Shown here piece by piece: positions 50,923 through 61,330 of a DNA stretch of 64,000 nt. The notes beneath the pieces were generated by a model that saw only the letters and a list, made by a program, of their open reading frames with translations, did not search any database and was not told the origin of the DNA. The DNA is taken from positions 64,001 through 128,000 of the forward strand of contig CAVSHO010000011.1 in assembly GCA_963727825.1 (NCBI GenBank), given 5' to 3'. The position numbers were made by a program, and so were the translations under genes. Positions within the stretch are counted from its first letter, which is position 1. Each line of letters opens with the position of its first letter. The DNA comes from Ignavibacteriota bacterium. GTDB taxonomy: Bacteria > Bacteroidota > Ignavibacteria > UBA10030.

Positions 50923-51476
50923 TGCCCATCCTCCTTTTCATCATTATCTATGAGATAGACTGCGTCTTCTTCATCTGTTTCTGTCATAGCCACTTGTACT
51001 TTTTGCCCATGCGCAGTTGGTATATTCTTGCCGACAAAATCTGCTTTGATCGGTAGCTCACGATGCCCGCGGTCTATCAATACCAATAACTGAATCTCAG
51101 AAGGGCGCCCAATATCCATTAAAGCATTTAGCGCTGAACGAATTGTCCGTCCAGTAAAAAGCACATCATCAATTAAAACGATAACTTTGCCGCGAACATT
51201 AAAAAGAATTTCCGTGCTTTTCAATTCAGGTTGATCAAGACGCCCTCGCAGATCGTCACGATAGAGAGTAATATCTAATGTGCCAACTTGCACATCCATG
51301 TTTTCGATTTCTGCTATTTTCTTTGCAACGCGATGGGCAAGAAATTCACCGCGTGTTCTAATCCCAACAAGCACCACATCCTTCACGCCTTTATTTTTCT
51401 CTACTACTTCATGGGAGAGACGGTTGACAGTCCGCCGAAGACCATCGGCATCTAAAACTTTTGTTTTCATCATCAT
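50919..51476 (-). CDS. pyrR: Pyrimidine regulatory protein / UPRTase
   Basis: LDITLYRDD, LIDDVLFTGRT and DRGHRELPI motifs. Start moved to the ATG run at 51470-51476. Confidence 0.95.
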   Translation of the reverse strand: MMMKTKVLDADGLRRTVNRLSHEVVEKNKGVKDVVLVGIRTRGEFLAHRVAKKIAEIENMDVQVGTLDITLYRDDLRGRLDQPELKSTEILFNVRGKVIVLIDDVLFTGRTIRSALNALMDIGRPSEIQLLVLIDRGHRELPIKADFVGKNIPTAHGQKVQVAMTETDEEDAVYLIDNDEKEDGQ

Positions 51477-51489
51477 CCACCTTTCTTTA

Positions 51490-51640
51490 TATGAAAAAAC
51501 CCCCAGTTCCAGTAAATTAGGAAAAGGGGGGCAATTTTCAATCAGTAATGATGAGCGGTCATTCAACGTTTTTCATTCTTCATAGATCGCTAATCATTGA
51601 TCATCCCTTTCCTACCTCGCTGGATAGGAATTAAAGGAAC
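51490..51640 (-). promoter_or_regulatory. PyrR-binding attenuator leader with terminator
   Basis: Minus strand CCTTTAA-TTCCT-ATCCAGCGAGGT-AGGAAAGG (consensus UCCNGNGAGGY), followed by a CCCC..GGGGTTTTTT terminator just before pyrR. Confidence 0.8.
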
Positions 51641-51665
51641 ATCTTCAAAGAACATCTTATATTTG

Positions 51666-51740
51666 TGGGCGCTGCGGGGATCGAACCTGCGACCTTACGC
51701 GTGTGAGGCGTACGCTCTGAACCAGCTGAGCTAAGCGCCC
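51666..51740 (-). tRNA. tRNA-Val(CAC)
   Basis: GGGCGCTTAGCTCAGCTGG..TACGC-CTCACAC-GCGTA..GGTTCGATCC..AGCGCCCA. Confidence 0.96.
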
Positions 51741-52080
51741 GCAATTTATTACCCTATTTGCATAATTACATTATAAGATAGAAAAAAATATGTTTTGGTT
51801 CAACCTGTATCTCTACCTAAATAAAAAACGCATACTGTCTCTTACCTTATTCAAATCAGAATCCGGCTTATAGCAACACACTAATAAACAGGCAATATAT
51901 GCATATCCTGTCAACATATATATTTACATTGTTGAATATTTGGATTGCATTATTCGAATGCATTAATTAACTTTGACGTTGTAATTAAATCGATATTCTA
52001 ACCATTCATATCTAAAAAACACTCAGAGAATAAAGACAGCCCATATAAAGCGAGCAATTCACAATTCAAAGGAGAAAAGC

Positions 52081-52318
52081 ATGGCAAAAAACGCAGACAG
52101 GTACTAATGCCGCTAATAATGCGACAGACAGTGTCACGTGTCCGCGATGTAATGGGACCGGTTTATCAGGCGAACATATGAAATGTAAGAATTGCAGAGG
52201 CTTTGGCTTCATCTCTCCTCGAACAATATCATGTCAATATTGCGGCGGTACCGGTTTCAAAAAAGCCCATGTAACTTGTGACCACTGTGGCGGCTTTGGG
52301 AACTTACCACAGAAGTGA
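52081..52318 (+). pseudogene. Stand-alone DnaJ-type zinc-finger protein (4 x CxxCxGxG), frameshifted in an A6 run
   Basis: AAGGAG RBS. CPRCNGTG, CKNCRGFG, CQYCGGTG and CDHCGGFG lie in the +1 frame relative to ATG 52081. Confidence 0.8.
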
Positions 52319-52671
52319 GTTGCTAAAATATGTGAATTATTTTTTTTCAGGTTAGCATTGCCGACGCGTCATTTGACTCTGTCTAATTCAATTCATAATT
52401 GATTCTATTTTGTAGTAATCTGATTTTTTTAAATAAATATTTCTAATATAGTTTGTCTATTCCTTTCTTAGAACCTAAGCGTTATCTTTAGCTATACTAC
52501 TTTTAATGTTTTCCAGAGCGGTTGAGGCCGAGCGATTCATAAATTGATTTGCAATCTGAAAATCCACGCAAGCTTCCTTGCGTTTCTTTAGTCCAATTTT
52601 TGTCATTCCTCAAAGAATTGGAACCTCTAATGTAGTCGTAAGATTTCAGTTGTTAGATGTAAACCGTTTAT

Positions 52672-53013
52672 TTATTGTTTTTGTTTATAACCGATGTTAT
52701 GAGCGAGGCAAATTGGACATTCACATAGATTTCTTAATATTTCCCACGTATATATACCAGTAGTATGTCCATCGCCCCACGATATCTGAATAGCATAATG
52801 ACCAACCTGTTGGATATCAGTTAACTTATATCTTCCAAGAAGATACTGCTGCGGTTCCGGCTTGTAAGTCTTGAGCAAAACTGTTTCACCTTGGCATCCT
52901 GCACACGGACAATTATCACGCAATGTACGAAGAGAGATGACACTTACATGCTCATCATCCCATTTTATGGAAATTTCGTCCGGTGAAGATAGTTTGATTA
53001 GTGTTGCAATCAT
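52672..53013 (-). CDS. DUF971 / gamma-butyrobetaine hydroxylase-like protein
   Basis: LRDNCPCAGC and VGHYAIQISWGDGHTTGIYTW motifs. Confidence 0.9.
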   Translation of the reverse strand: MIATLIKLSSPDEISIKWDDEHVSVISLRTLRDNCPCAGCQGETVLLKTYKPEPQQYLLGRYKLTDIQQVGHYAIQISWGDGHTTGIYTWEILRNLCECPICLAHNIGYKQKQ

Positions 53014-53070
53014 TTTCTTTCCTTCTTAATAATAATGAAAAAGGACAATCATTGTTGATTGTCCTTTCCG

Positions 53071-53144
53071 TGGACCGTACCGGGCTCGAACCGGTGACCT
53101 CCACAATGCCATTGTGGCGCTCTCCCATGCTGAGCTAACGGCCC
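53071..53144 (-). tRNA. tRNA-Ala(GGC)
   Basis: G3:U70 pair, anticodon arm CCACA-ATGGCAT-TGTGG, downstream terminator at 53037-53068. Confidence 0.96.
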
Positions 53145-53299
53145 ATTACTGAATAAAATATACCCAAGGATCAAAGCAAAGTCAATTATAAAGACATTGC
53201 AGTATAAGGAAGTTTTTTATATTTTATTCTTGTAATTAATTACAAATAAGAACGGATGTAAATACGAAAACTCCAAAAAAATATCCGCTTGCATTATCT

Positions 53300-53695
53300 A
53301 TGCATATAATTGTTTTTTCTATTATATGCGCTTTTACTTTATTTTCATGTAAAGACCAAACGAATCAAAATCCTGCTTCCAATATCGTCTTTCCTGCTAG
53401 TGGAGTTAGTTTTAGTAAACAGGTTCAACCTCTCTTTCAACAAACATGTATTGCAGCAGGATGTCATGGCGGCAGTCAACCCGCAGCTAATTTAAATCTT
53501 GAAATTGACGTATGGCATTCTCTTATTGATTTTTTACCACAAATCGTTATTCCAAATCATGGAAGTACAAGCCCTCTTGTAATGTACCTTAACGGTGGAC
53601 TTGCTCCGCAAATGCCGCTCCGCCAGCCGCCGCTGACAACGAATCAGATTAATGGCGTCAAAACTTGGATTGATGAAGGTGCAAAGAACAACTAA
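53300..53695 (+). CDS. Lipoprotein with a planctomycete-type cytochrome c domain (CxxxxCH)
   Basis: Lipobox LFSC; VSFSKQVQPLF..CIAAGCHG; QMP; WIDEGA. Confidence 0.75.
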   Translation: MHIIVFSIICAFTLFSCKDQTNQNPASNIVFPASGVSFSKQVQPLFQQTCIAAGCHGGSQPAANLNLEIDVWHSLIDFLPQIVIPNHGSTSPLVMYLNGGLAPQMPLRQPPLTTNQINGVKTWIDEGAKNN

Positions 53696-53706
53696 GCTTC
53701 AATGCT

Positions 53707-54588
53707 TTAAGAATTTCGCGCATCCTTTCCCCAATTAAGCTTTCTCCTTAGTACATCGTAATAACTTCTATTCTTTCGCTTTACAAGCTTAGTCGTAAGC
53801 GGTGATCGCTCAATAGTGATATCCACGGGTACCTGCAAGAATGACTGTTGTTGGCCATCAGCTGCAAGATGAATTTTTCCGGTTGCTGTTTCAACTTTGA
53901 GAGTGATAATTGACCCTTCCGGTACTACAACTGTTCTTGCTGTTAATGTATGCGGACAAATAGGGCTTATAAGAATCAATTGATTTGTAGGTGTCACAAT
54001 TGGGCCGCCATTTGAAAGAGCGTATGCCGTCGATCCTGTAGGCGTAGCAATAATAATGCCATCACCAATGAATTTAGATAGAAACTCACCGTTCACAAAT
54101 GTTTTTACGCTGAACATCCGCGACGAACCGGTCTGATGAAGAACGATATCATTTAATGCTTGTTCATTATTTTTTGATTTGCCAATTCGTGCTTGCAGCA
54201 TCATTCGATCTTCAATTATATAATCGTTGTTCATTATCTCGGTAAGACATTCGTCAAGTTCTTCGAGTGAAACTTCCGCAAGAAATCCTAATTTACCAAG
54301 ATTAATACCTAATATTGGAGTAGTCATACCGCTAACAAGCCTTGCCATACGAAGGATCGTTCCATCACCACCAAGTGAAATAAGAATATCACACGATGCC
54401 GGCAGCTTTTGTTCTGAAATAACAGGCGATTCACTAAGAAGTTGCTTATCTATCTTTCCACGCAATCCTTTTGCCATCGCCGCATGAAGAACGTACGGCA
54501 CTTCTTCCTTTTTAAACCTTGTGATTAGCCGTCCAACTACTTCAGGCAATTCTGTTTTATCTAAATTTCCTGCAATTCCGAATCTCAT
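53707..54588 (-). CDS. nadK: NAD+ kinase
   Basis: LGGDGT, GKLGFL and TPTGSTAYALS motifs. Confidence 0.96.
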   Translation of the reverse strand: MRFGIAGNLDKTELPEVVGRLITRFKKEEVPYVLHAAMAKGLRGKIDKQLLSESPVISEQKLPASCDILISLGGDGTILRMARLVSGMTTPILGINLGKLGFLAEVSLEELDECLTEIMNNDYIIEDRMMLQARIGKSKNNEQALNDIVLHQTGSSRMFSVKTFVNGEFLSKFIGDGIIIATPTGSTAYALSNGGPIVTPTNQLILISPICPHTLTARTVVVPEGSIITLKVETATGKIHLAADGQQQSFLQVPVDITIERSPLTTKLVKRKNRSYYDVLRRKLNWGKDARNS

Positions 54589-54596
54589 AGTGCACT

Positions 54597-54884
54597 CTAC
54601 TTTTTTTCCGTTGATGGCTTTTCTTTTGATATCTCGTCAACATAATTCAACTTCAATTCCTGCAGGATACCTTTTAGTAATTTAGTTTCATCTTCAGATA
54701 AATTTCCACGCGTTTTTTCTTCCAGCATATCGAGAATATCGATAGATAATTGTGCTTGCTGAAGATCTCGCTCAATCTTATCTGAAATAGGATTCTTTAA
54801 TTTTCCCATCTGTTGCATTGCCGCCGCCTGAAAAGTCATCACTAAACTAAAAAAAAGAGAAATATTCTTTTCTGTTGAAACCAT
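54597..54884 (-). CDS. DUF1844 domain protein
   Basis: IDILDMLEEKTRGNLSEDE motif. Confidence 0.85.
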   Translation of the reverse strand: MVSTEKNISLFFSLVMTFQAAAMQQMGKLKNPISDKIERDLQQAQLSIDILDMLEEKTRGNLSEDETKLLKGILQELKLNYVDEISKEKPSTEKK

Positions 54885-54886
54885 AA

Positions 54887-55651
54887 TTATCTCCTTTCAT
54901 TTTTCCATAGTTCATGCAATTTTGCATATTTTAAAAATACTGCATGCGATGAAATCATACACACAACAAACCCATAATACCCATCTAAGAAACCGCATTT
55001 CAAAACATAATCACGAATGAACCTAAATCCGGGAGAAACGATTAATCGCACCACTGATGCCTTTTTCCCTTGTTCAAACAAAACATGCGCAGATATCTCT
55101 GTAAAATAATCTACCTGCTTGATATGATCAGAAATTGAATAATAACTGTAGTGCAGAATGTCTCCGTGCAAATATCCGACAATTGCATTAGATTCATTTA
55201 ATGCATATCTGTCATGCGGATTGACTCCAGTCCATTTCCCTTTTCGCCTATCGAATAAGCGTATCTTCCGATCCGGATACCAGCCACAGTGCTGAATCCA
55301 TGCGCCACAGTAATTCGTCAATCGGTTCATTTTATATCCATCATATTTCCATTCGGATTTTACCGAAGCGATGGATTTTCGCAATTCCTCTGAGAGAACC
55401 TCATCCGCATCTAGTGATAATGCGAAAGAGAATGAAGTCTTCTCTAAGGCATAATTTTTTTGTTGGATATGTCCTTCAAATTTGTGCTGAAATACTTTTG
55501 CGCCATGGGAATTGCATATTTCTACAGTCTTATCGGTAGAATATGAATCCACAACCACAATCTCATCCGCAATTTCTTTGATGGAATCGAGGCAGCGAGC
55601 GATGTTGCGTTCTTCATTATAAGTAATGATAACAACCGAAAGCTGAATCAC
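54887..55651 (-). CDS. Glycosyltransferase family 2
   Basis: ITYNEERNI, VVDSYSTD, LDADE and WYPD motifs. Confidence 0.93.
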   Translation of the reverse strand: MIQLSVVIITYNEERNIARCLDSIKEIADEIVVVDSYSTDKTVEICNSHGAKVFQHKFEGHIQQKNYALEKTSFSFALSLDADEVLSEELRKSIASVKSEWKYDGYKMNRLTNYCGAWIQHCGWYPDRKIRLFDRRKGKWTGVNPHDRYALNESNAIVGYLHGDILHYSYYSISDHIKQVDYFTEISAHVLFEQGKKASVVRLIVSPGFRFIRDYVLKCGFLDGYYGFVVCMISSHAVFLKYAKLHELWKNERR

Positions 55652-55665
55652 TAATGAATCCCCGC

Positions 55666-58248
55666 CTAATTTCCAATTACGATATTAACCAGTTTATTCG
55701 GAATAATAATTATTTTAACAACGCGCTTACCATCAGTATAACGTTTGATATTTGAATCTTCAAAAGCCAATCGTTCTAGTTCCGCTTTAGAAGTATCCAT
55801 CGCTACCGCAATTTTCGAGCGCACTTTTCCATTGATCTGCAACACAACCTCTACTGTCGATTCAGCACATTTGGCTTCATCATAAATTGGCCATGGTTCG
55901 TATGCTGTTGATTTCGTGTGCCCGATTATTTCCCAAATTTCTTCAGCAATGTGCGGGGCAAATGGCGCGAGGAGCAGAACAAAATTCTCCATCAGCTTAC
56001 GCGGCCTGGTTTCTAACTTCATTGCCTCGTTCAGGAATATCATCATTTGCGAAATGGCGGTATTGAAACGCAAATTATCAATGTCATCGCCAACTTTTTT
56101 TATAGTCTGATGGTAAAGCCGTTCAAAGTCTATGGTTGGCTCAGCATCTTTTATGGCTATATCCAACATCCCATCTTCATTTACAAACAGGCGCCAGAAC
56201 CGATTGAGGAATCGAAATACACCTTCTACACCGCGTGTGCTCCACGGTTTCATTTCCTCCAATGGTCCCATAAACATTTCGAACAACCGCATTGCATCGG
56301 CGCCGTATTCTTTCACTACATCATCCGGATTGACAACATTACCGCGCGATTTAGACATCTTGCGGGAATCTTCACCAAGAATAATTCCCTGATGCCGCAG
56401 TTTTAGAAACGGCTCTTTTGTACTGACATAACCAAGATCGTTCAACACTTTGTGCCAGAAACGTGAATACATCAAATGTAAAACTGCATGCTCCGAACCG
56501 CCTACGTATAAATCGATAGGCATCCAATATTTTTCTTTCTCTATGCCGCAAAAGGTTTTTTCATTTTTTGGATCGATGAAGCGGAGATAATACCAGCACG
56601 AACCTGCCCATTGCGGCATTGTGTTCGTCTCGCGGCGCCCCTTCAGGCCTGTTTCTTTATCGATAATGTTCACCCAGTCAGTTGCAAGAGCGAGCGGAGA
56701 TTCTGTTGTTCCACTCGGCTGGAATTTTTCCAAATTCGGCAATTCCAACGGTAATTCATTTTCATCAATTGCTTTTAGGGTTCCATCTTCAAGATATACA
56801 ATTGGAATTGGTTCGCCCCAATACCGTTGGCGCGAGAAAAGCCAATCGCGCAATTTATATGTTATTGCCAATTTGCCAATTTTTTTCTTTTCTAACCAAG
56901 CGACGATGGTCTCCTTTGCTTCAGGTGTCGACAATCCATCCAGGGAAACCTCGTTATTTGCAGAGTTGATTGCGATGCCGTCATCAATAAAACACTCAAC
57001 ATCACCCTGTCCGCCGTCGACAACTTTTATTATCTCTAAACCGAATTTCTTCGCAAACTCCATATCGCGATCATCGTGACCCGGCACTGCCATGATAGCT
57101 CCAGTGCCATATCCCATCAGCACATAATCTGCAATCCATATAGGAATTTCTTTTCCTGTTGTCGGATTGATGGCATAGCCGCCAGTGAAGACACCGGTTT
57201 TTTCTTTCTCTGTTCCACGCTCGAGTTCGCTCTTTGATGCTGTTTCTTTTCTATATAGTTGAATCTGTTGTCTTTGTTGCGATGATACAACAACATCTAC
57301 CAGTGGATGCTCTGGCGCAAGTACCATATACGTCGCACCGAATAGTGTGTCCGGACGTGTCGTGAAAACACGAATATTTTCCGGTTTACCTTTGACTGCA
57401 AAAACGACATCTGCGCCTTCAGAACGTCCAATCCAATTTCGCTGCTGTTCAAGTGTTGAGATTGGCCAATCCAATTCCTTTGCATCTTCCAACAAACGTT
57501 CTGAGTATGCCGTAATGCGCATCATCCATTGGCGCATCGGTCGTCGCTCGACAGAGTAACCTTTCTCTGTCCATTCAGCAACTTCTTCATTTGCCAACAC
57601 AGTCCCTAATCCTTCGCACCAGTTTACCGGTATTTCAGCAACATAAGCAAGTCGGAATTGCGCAATGAAATCGTGCTTTTCTTTTTTTGTCTTCCGCTTC
57701 CATTCATCTGCATTGAACGAATGTTCAACTTTCAAATTCTCTGTTCCGTATGCAGTAAGTTCCTGTTCTAATGTTTCAATCGGGCGAGCTTTACGTTTGC
57801 GAGGATCAAACCACGAATTATAAATCTTCAAAAATATCCATTGAGTCCATTTATAATATTTCGGGTCTGTTGTATTGACTTCTCGTTCCCAATCGTAACT
57901 CAACCCAAGCATCTTGATTTGTCGCCTAAAGGTATCAATGTTGCGTTCCGTCGTCTCTTTAGGATGAATATTCGTCTGCATTGCATAGCGCTCGGCAGGC
58001 AGACCGAATGCATCCCAGCCCATCGGATGCAAAACAGCAAAACCTTTCATTCGCCGATAGCGGCAGAGAATATCAGTGGCTGTGTATCCTTCCGGATGCC
58101 CGACATGCAATCCAGCTCCAGATGGATATGGAAACATGTCCAGCACATACGATTTGGGTTTTTGTTGACTATCTAAAACACGAAAAGTTTTCTCGCACTC
58201 CCAATATTCCTGCCATTTTTTTTCGATACTGAGAAAATCATACTTCAT
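55666..58248 (-). CDS. leuS: Leucine-tRNA ligase
   Basis: [14 protein letters not shown] and KMSKS motifs. Confidence 0.98.
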   Translation of the reverse strand: MKYDFLSIEKKWQEYWECEKTFRVLDSQQKPKSYVLDMFPYPSGAGLHVGHPEGYTATDILCRYRRMKGFAVLHPMGWDAFGLPAERYAMQTNIHPKETTERNIDTFRRQIKMLGLSYDWEREVNTTDPKYYKWTQWIFLKIYNSWFDPRKRKARPIETLEQELTAYGTENLKVEHSFNADEWKRKTKKEKHDFIAQFRLAYVAEIPVNWCEGLGTVLANEEVAEWTEKGYSVERRPMRQWMMRITAYSERLLEDAKELDWPISTLEQQRNWIGRSEGADVVFAVKGKPENIRVFTTRPDTLFGATYMVLAPEHPLVDVVVSSQQRQQIQLYRKETASKSELERGTEKEKTGVFTGGYAINPTTGKEIPIWIADYVLMGYGTGAIMAVPGHDDRDMEFAKKFGLEIIKVVDGGQGDVECFIDDGIAINSANNEVSLDGLSTPEAKETIVAWLEKKKIGKLAITYKLRDWLFSRQRYWGEPIPIVYLEDGTLKAIDENELPLELPNLEKFQPSGTTESPLALATDWVNIIDKETGLKGRRETNTMPQWAGSCWYYLRFIDPKNEKTFCGIEKEKYWMPIDLYVGGSEHAVLHLMYSRFWHKVLNDLGYVSTKEPFLKLRHQGIILGEDSRKMSKSRGNVVNPDDVVKEYGADAMRLFEMFMGPLEEMKPWSTRGVEGVFRFLNRFWRLFVNEDGMLDIAIKDAEPTIDFERLYHQTIKKVGDDIDNLRFNTAISQMMIFLNEAMKLETRPRKLMENFVLLLAPFAPHIAEEIWEIIGHTKSTAYEPWPIYDEAKCAESTVEVVLQINGKVRSKIAVAMDTSKAELERLAFEDSNIKRYTDGKRVVKIIIIPNKLVNIVIGN

Positions 58249-58381
58249 TCTATATAAATCCTTTTATCATCATAGGAAACAATATGCATTGCTTTAATGC
58301 AGTCAGATAGAATTTACACAAAGTGTGCCCTATTATCAACGTGCGTAGAAAAGATTAAGAAAGGCATACAGAATTATCAGG

Positions 58382-58609
58382 ATGGTAGTTCCTATATGGC
58401 TAATTGGACCCAGTCCTAGTGATCCACCATCTCCTCCTATTATTCACCCAATGCCAATTGCGGGACATGCACCAATTGTAACTCAACCAAATCCTTCATC
58501 TCCAACTCGAAATACAGGGTATCAACGCTCGGAGTAGTCAGAACCCACACAACCAACAAGCCCAGTTCCTGACAAACGGACAAGCGGTTTGATACGATGT
58601 GGACGATAA
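58382..58609 (+). pseudogene. Proline-rich gene remnant with in-frame TAG at 58535-58537
   Basis: MVVPIWLIGPSPSDPPSPPIIHPMP...QRSE*SEPTQPTSPVP; the composition continues across the stop. Confidence 0.4.
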
Positions 58610-58673
58610 GAATCGAATAGGACTGTCAATGTTCTTAAATGCAGAATTTCAATGGGAAATATAATAGCGATTA

Positions 58674-60356
58674 TTACAACGTTTTGAGAACCAACAAAGT
58701 AATATCGTCGGATTGCGGTGTGGCTTGGGTATGAATCTCTAACTCTTTTTGAATTTGCCGAATAATTTCTTTAGCAGAGAGATTTGTAGATTCCTTAAGA
58801 ATATTTTCTAGGCGCTCTTCAGTAAACTGCTCATTGTTTTGATTCATTGCCTCACTTACACCGTCCGTGTACATTACCAACACGTCTCCCGATAAAAGAG
58901 TAACCGAAGCATCCGTATATGGTGTTGTTGTTTTGAAGATGCCAAGAATCAGACCACCCTCTTCTAACTTTTCTATCGTTCCATTTTTTCTCAACAAGTA
59001 TGGCGGATTATGCCCGGCATTTGTGTAACAGAATTTACGTGTCTGCGCATCGAGTATGCCCCAAAAGAACGTGATAAATTTGCTTCCTCCACGAGTGTTT
59101 GCGCAAGTGAGATCATTAATTTGCCCAGTCGTTTCAGAGACCGACGTACATAAAGGGACAAGTGCACGTAAAGCTGCTTGTACATTTGCCATCAGCAGAG
59201 CTGCTGGTGTTCCTTTACCTGAGACATCGCCGATTGCCAGCACATATTCATTCTTCTTGCGAGTTATTACATCATAATAATCGCCACCGACTTCTTTTGA
59301 TGAAATCGTGAGTGCAGCGATATCGAACTGCGGGATCGCCGGAAGTTTTTCTGGCAGAAGCCCCTGCTGAATTTCCCTTGCAATATTTAATTCATCTTCC
59401 ATCCTCTGTTTTTCGATAGCGGTCTTAAAGAGCCGTGCGTTTTCGATGGAGATGATAGCAAGATTACCGAGTGAGTATAGAAATTCGAGATCGGCTCGCA
59501 AATATATACCGCCGCGCAATTTTTCTCCAAGTAAAATCATTCCATTTGTTTTTTGTTGGATGTGCATCGGTACAACCGCGGTAATTCCCATTTTAATGAG
59601 TCTTGCCGCGGCAATGCGATATGCTTTCTGCTTTAACAAATCCTGTGTGGTAGCAGATTTTGTGAGATCGCATAGGTTAGGAAGAATTTCTTGCAGAGTT
59701 TCGCTTCCCTCCATCCGTGAAGCGATAATATTTAGTTCATCTTTATTCCGTATACAAATTGCATAACTCTTTACTCCAATTTGTCCGAGAAGTGCAAACG
59801 TGACGAGGCGAACTACTTTTTTTTCATCAAGCCCTATATTGAACTCTTTGCTTAAATCAAAGAGGGTGTTAAGCTCCTGAATTTTTCGATCGAGACTTCG
59901 ATTTGCATCCTTCACCTGATCAATGATAAGTGCCTTCTCTATTGCTGCACCAGATAGATTGACCAATGATTGAATGATTTTTTTATCCAATTCTGAGAAT
60001 GGAGATTTTGTCAACCTCTCGCTAAGTGTGATATATCCGACGATGCGTCTTTGAGAAAATATTGGAATTACAAGTGATTGCTGATGGTGATTAAGAAATT
60101 CTAACCATCGAGAACTTCCGTGAACCAGTTTTTTTGTCAGTTGAATAGAACGCATCGGTTGTTCGATTTCGATACTCTGTCCGACAGTGGAATTATCTAC
60201 TCCCTTTGCAGCAATTACTTTAAATATTTTTCCCGTATGCTTAAGAAGAATTATGCCGCGCGTAACGAGCATCTTACCCATTAGCGTTCTTAGAACTGTA
60301 CTGAGAATGAAATCAAGTTCGAGCGAGGAATTTATGATAGTGCTAAACTCGAACAA
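58674..60356 (-). CDS. GAF-GAF-SpoIIE (RsbU-like) phosphatase
   Basis: VGGDYYD, GDVSGKG, YTDGV and DDIT motifs. Confidence 0.92.
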   Translation of the reverse strand: MFEFSTIINSSLELDFILSTVLRTLMGKMLVTRGIILLKHTGKIFKVIAAKGVDNSTVGQSIEIEQPMRSIQLTKKLVHGSSRWLEFLNHHQQSLVIPIFSQRRIVGYITLSERLTKSPFSELDKKIIQSLVNLSGAAIEKALIIDQVKDANRSLDRKIQELNTLFDLSKEFNIGLDEKKVVRLVTFALLGQIGVKSYAICIRNKDELNIIASRMEGSETLQEILPNLCDLTKSATTQDLLKQKAYRIAAARLIKMGITAVVPMHIQQKTNGMILLGEKLRGGIYLRADLEFLYSLGNLAIISIENARLFKTAIEKQRMEDELNIAREIQQGLLPEKLPAIPQFDIAALTISSKEVGGDYYDVITRKKNEYVLAIGDVSGKGTPAALLMANVQAALRALVPLCTSVSETTGQINDLTCANTRGGSKFITFFWGILDAQTRKFCYTNAGHNPPYLLRKNGTIEKLEEGGLILGIFKTTTPYTDASVTLLSGDVLVMYTDGVSEAMNQNNEQFTEERLENILKESTNLSAKEIIRQIQKELEIHTQATPQSDDITLLVLKTL

Positions 60357-60421
60357 TGGAATTAGATCTGAAGTTTGTTTTCGATCAACCGATTTTATTT
60401 GTAAGTTAGAGCGTTTCGTTG

Positions 60422-60874
60422 CTACCTCTCTGTAACCATGGATGCATCCGACAAATACTTGATAAGCCGTACTTCGTTCCGTTTTCCCTTATGAAAATTG
60501 TATTCCACCTTGTCCATCAATTTTTTCATCATATATACGCCAAGTCCACCCCGTTTGCGATGACCAATATGTTCTTTCAAATCCGGTTGACGAATTGTAG
60601 AAGGATTAAATGATTTGCCGCTATCATATATCCGGATTTCAAAGGAACGTTTTTGTGGAATAATTGAAACTTCAATTTCTTTATCTGTTGCATATTGATA
60701 TGCATGCTTAATAATATTTGTGCACGCCTCATCTACCGCTAACACAATATTAGCAGTGTCTTCTTCAGAAAAACCAAACGCACGTGCTGCTTCACCGACA
60801 AACTCTCTCACTTCATAAAGATAGTCTGTCTGACTTAGAATTCTTTTCGAACTATGTGATACCTGCGTTTTCAT
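60422..60874 (-). CDS. rsbW: Anti-sigma factor Ser/Thr kinase (RsbW-like)
   Basis: LAVDEACTNIIKHAY and GGLGVYMM motifs. Confidence 0.88.
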   Translation of the reverse strand: MKTQVSHSSKRILSQTDYLYEVREFVGEAARAFGFSEEDTANIVLAVDEACTNIIKHAYQYATDKEIEVSIIPQKRSFEIRIYDSGKSFNPSTIRQPDLKEHIGHRKRGGLGVYMMKKLMDKVEYNFHKGKRNEVRLIKYLSDASMVTER

Positions 60875-60913
60875 TGGTTCTAGTTTTTACAAAACTGGAT
60901 TAGTTTCCAATTA

Positions 60914-61270
60914 TTATTTTTTTGTTTCATGAAATCGAACAACCGCCTCTTGTTCATCCTTAAATATTTCGTATAAGATTGGAAAGCCCAGCAAGTCAAA
61001 TACATTGTATACCTTCGGCGTCATATTAGTCAACTTGATGTCTCCTTTATTCTTACGCACGTCCTCGACATACGCCATAAATACTCCTAAACCTGCGCTG
61101 CTGATGTACGAAAGATCACGGCAGTTCACTACGATATTAAATTTGTTTTCTGTCATCAGTTTTTGGAAAGCATTTTCGAGATCAGGCGCAGTGTGAGCAT
61201 CAAGGTACCCCTTGAGTTCGATCACGCTAACATCCTCATTATCCCGTTGGTGGATTTTAAAATCAATCAT
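60914..61270 (-). CDS. rsbV: STAS anti-anti-sigma factor (RsbV-like)
   Basis: LKGYLDAHTA and YISSAGLG motifs. Start at ATG after GGAG. Confidence 0.9.
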   Translation of the reverse strand: MIDFKIHQRDNEDVSVIELKGYLDAHTAPDLENAFQKLMTENKFNIVVNCRDLSYISSAGLGVFMAYVEDVRKNKGDIKLTNMTPKVYNVFDLLGFPILYEIFKDEQEAVVRFHETKK

Positions 61271-61330
61271 GGTGGTCTCCTTCTTGTCCTTCTCTCCTTG
61301 CAATCGATTGAATATGCATTATAACTATCC

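Noticed and set aside
7589-58537. Amber (TAG) recoding suggested by in-frame TAGs at 7589, 37570 and 58535
   Set aside because: TAG is the true stop of conserved genes here (DUF4402, pdhA, pdhB, leuS), and TAA and frameshift lesions also occur.
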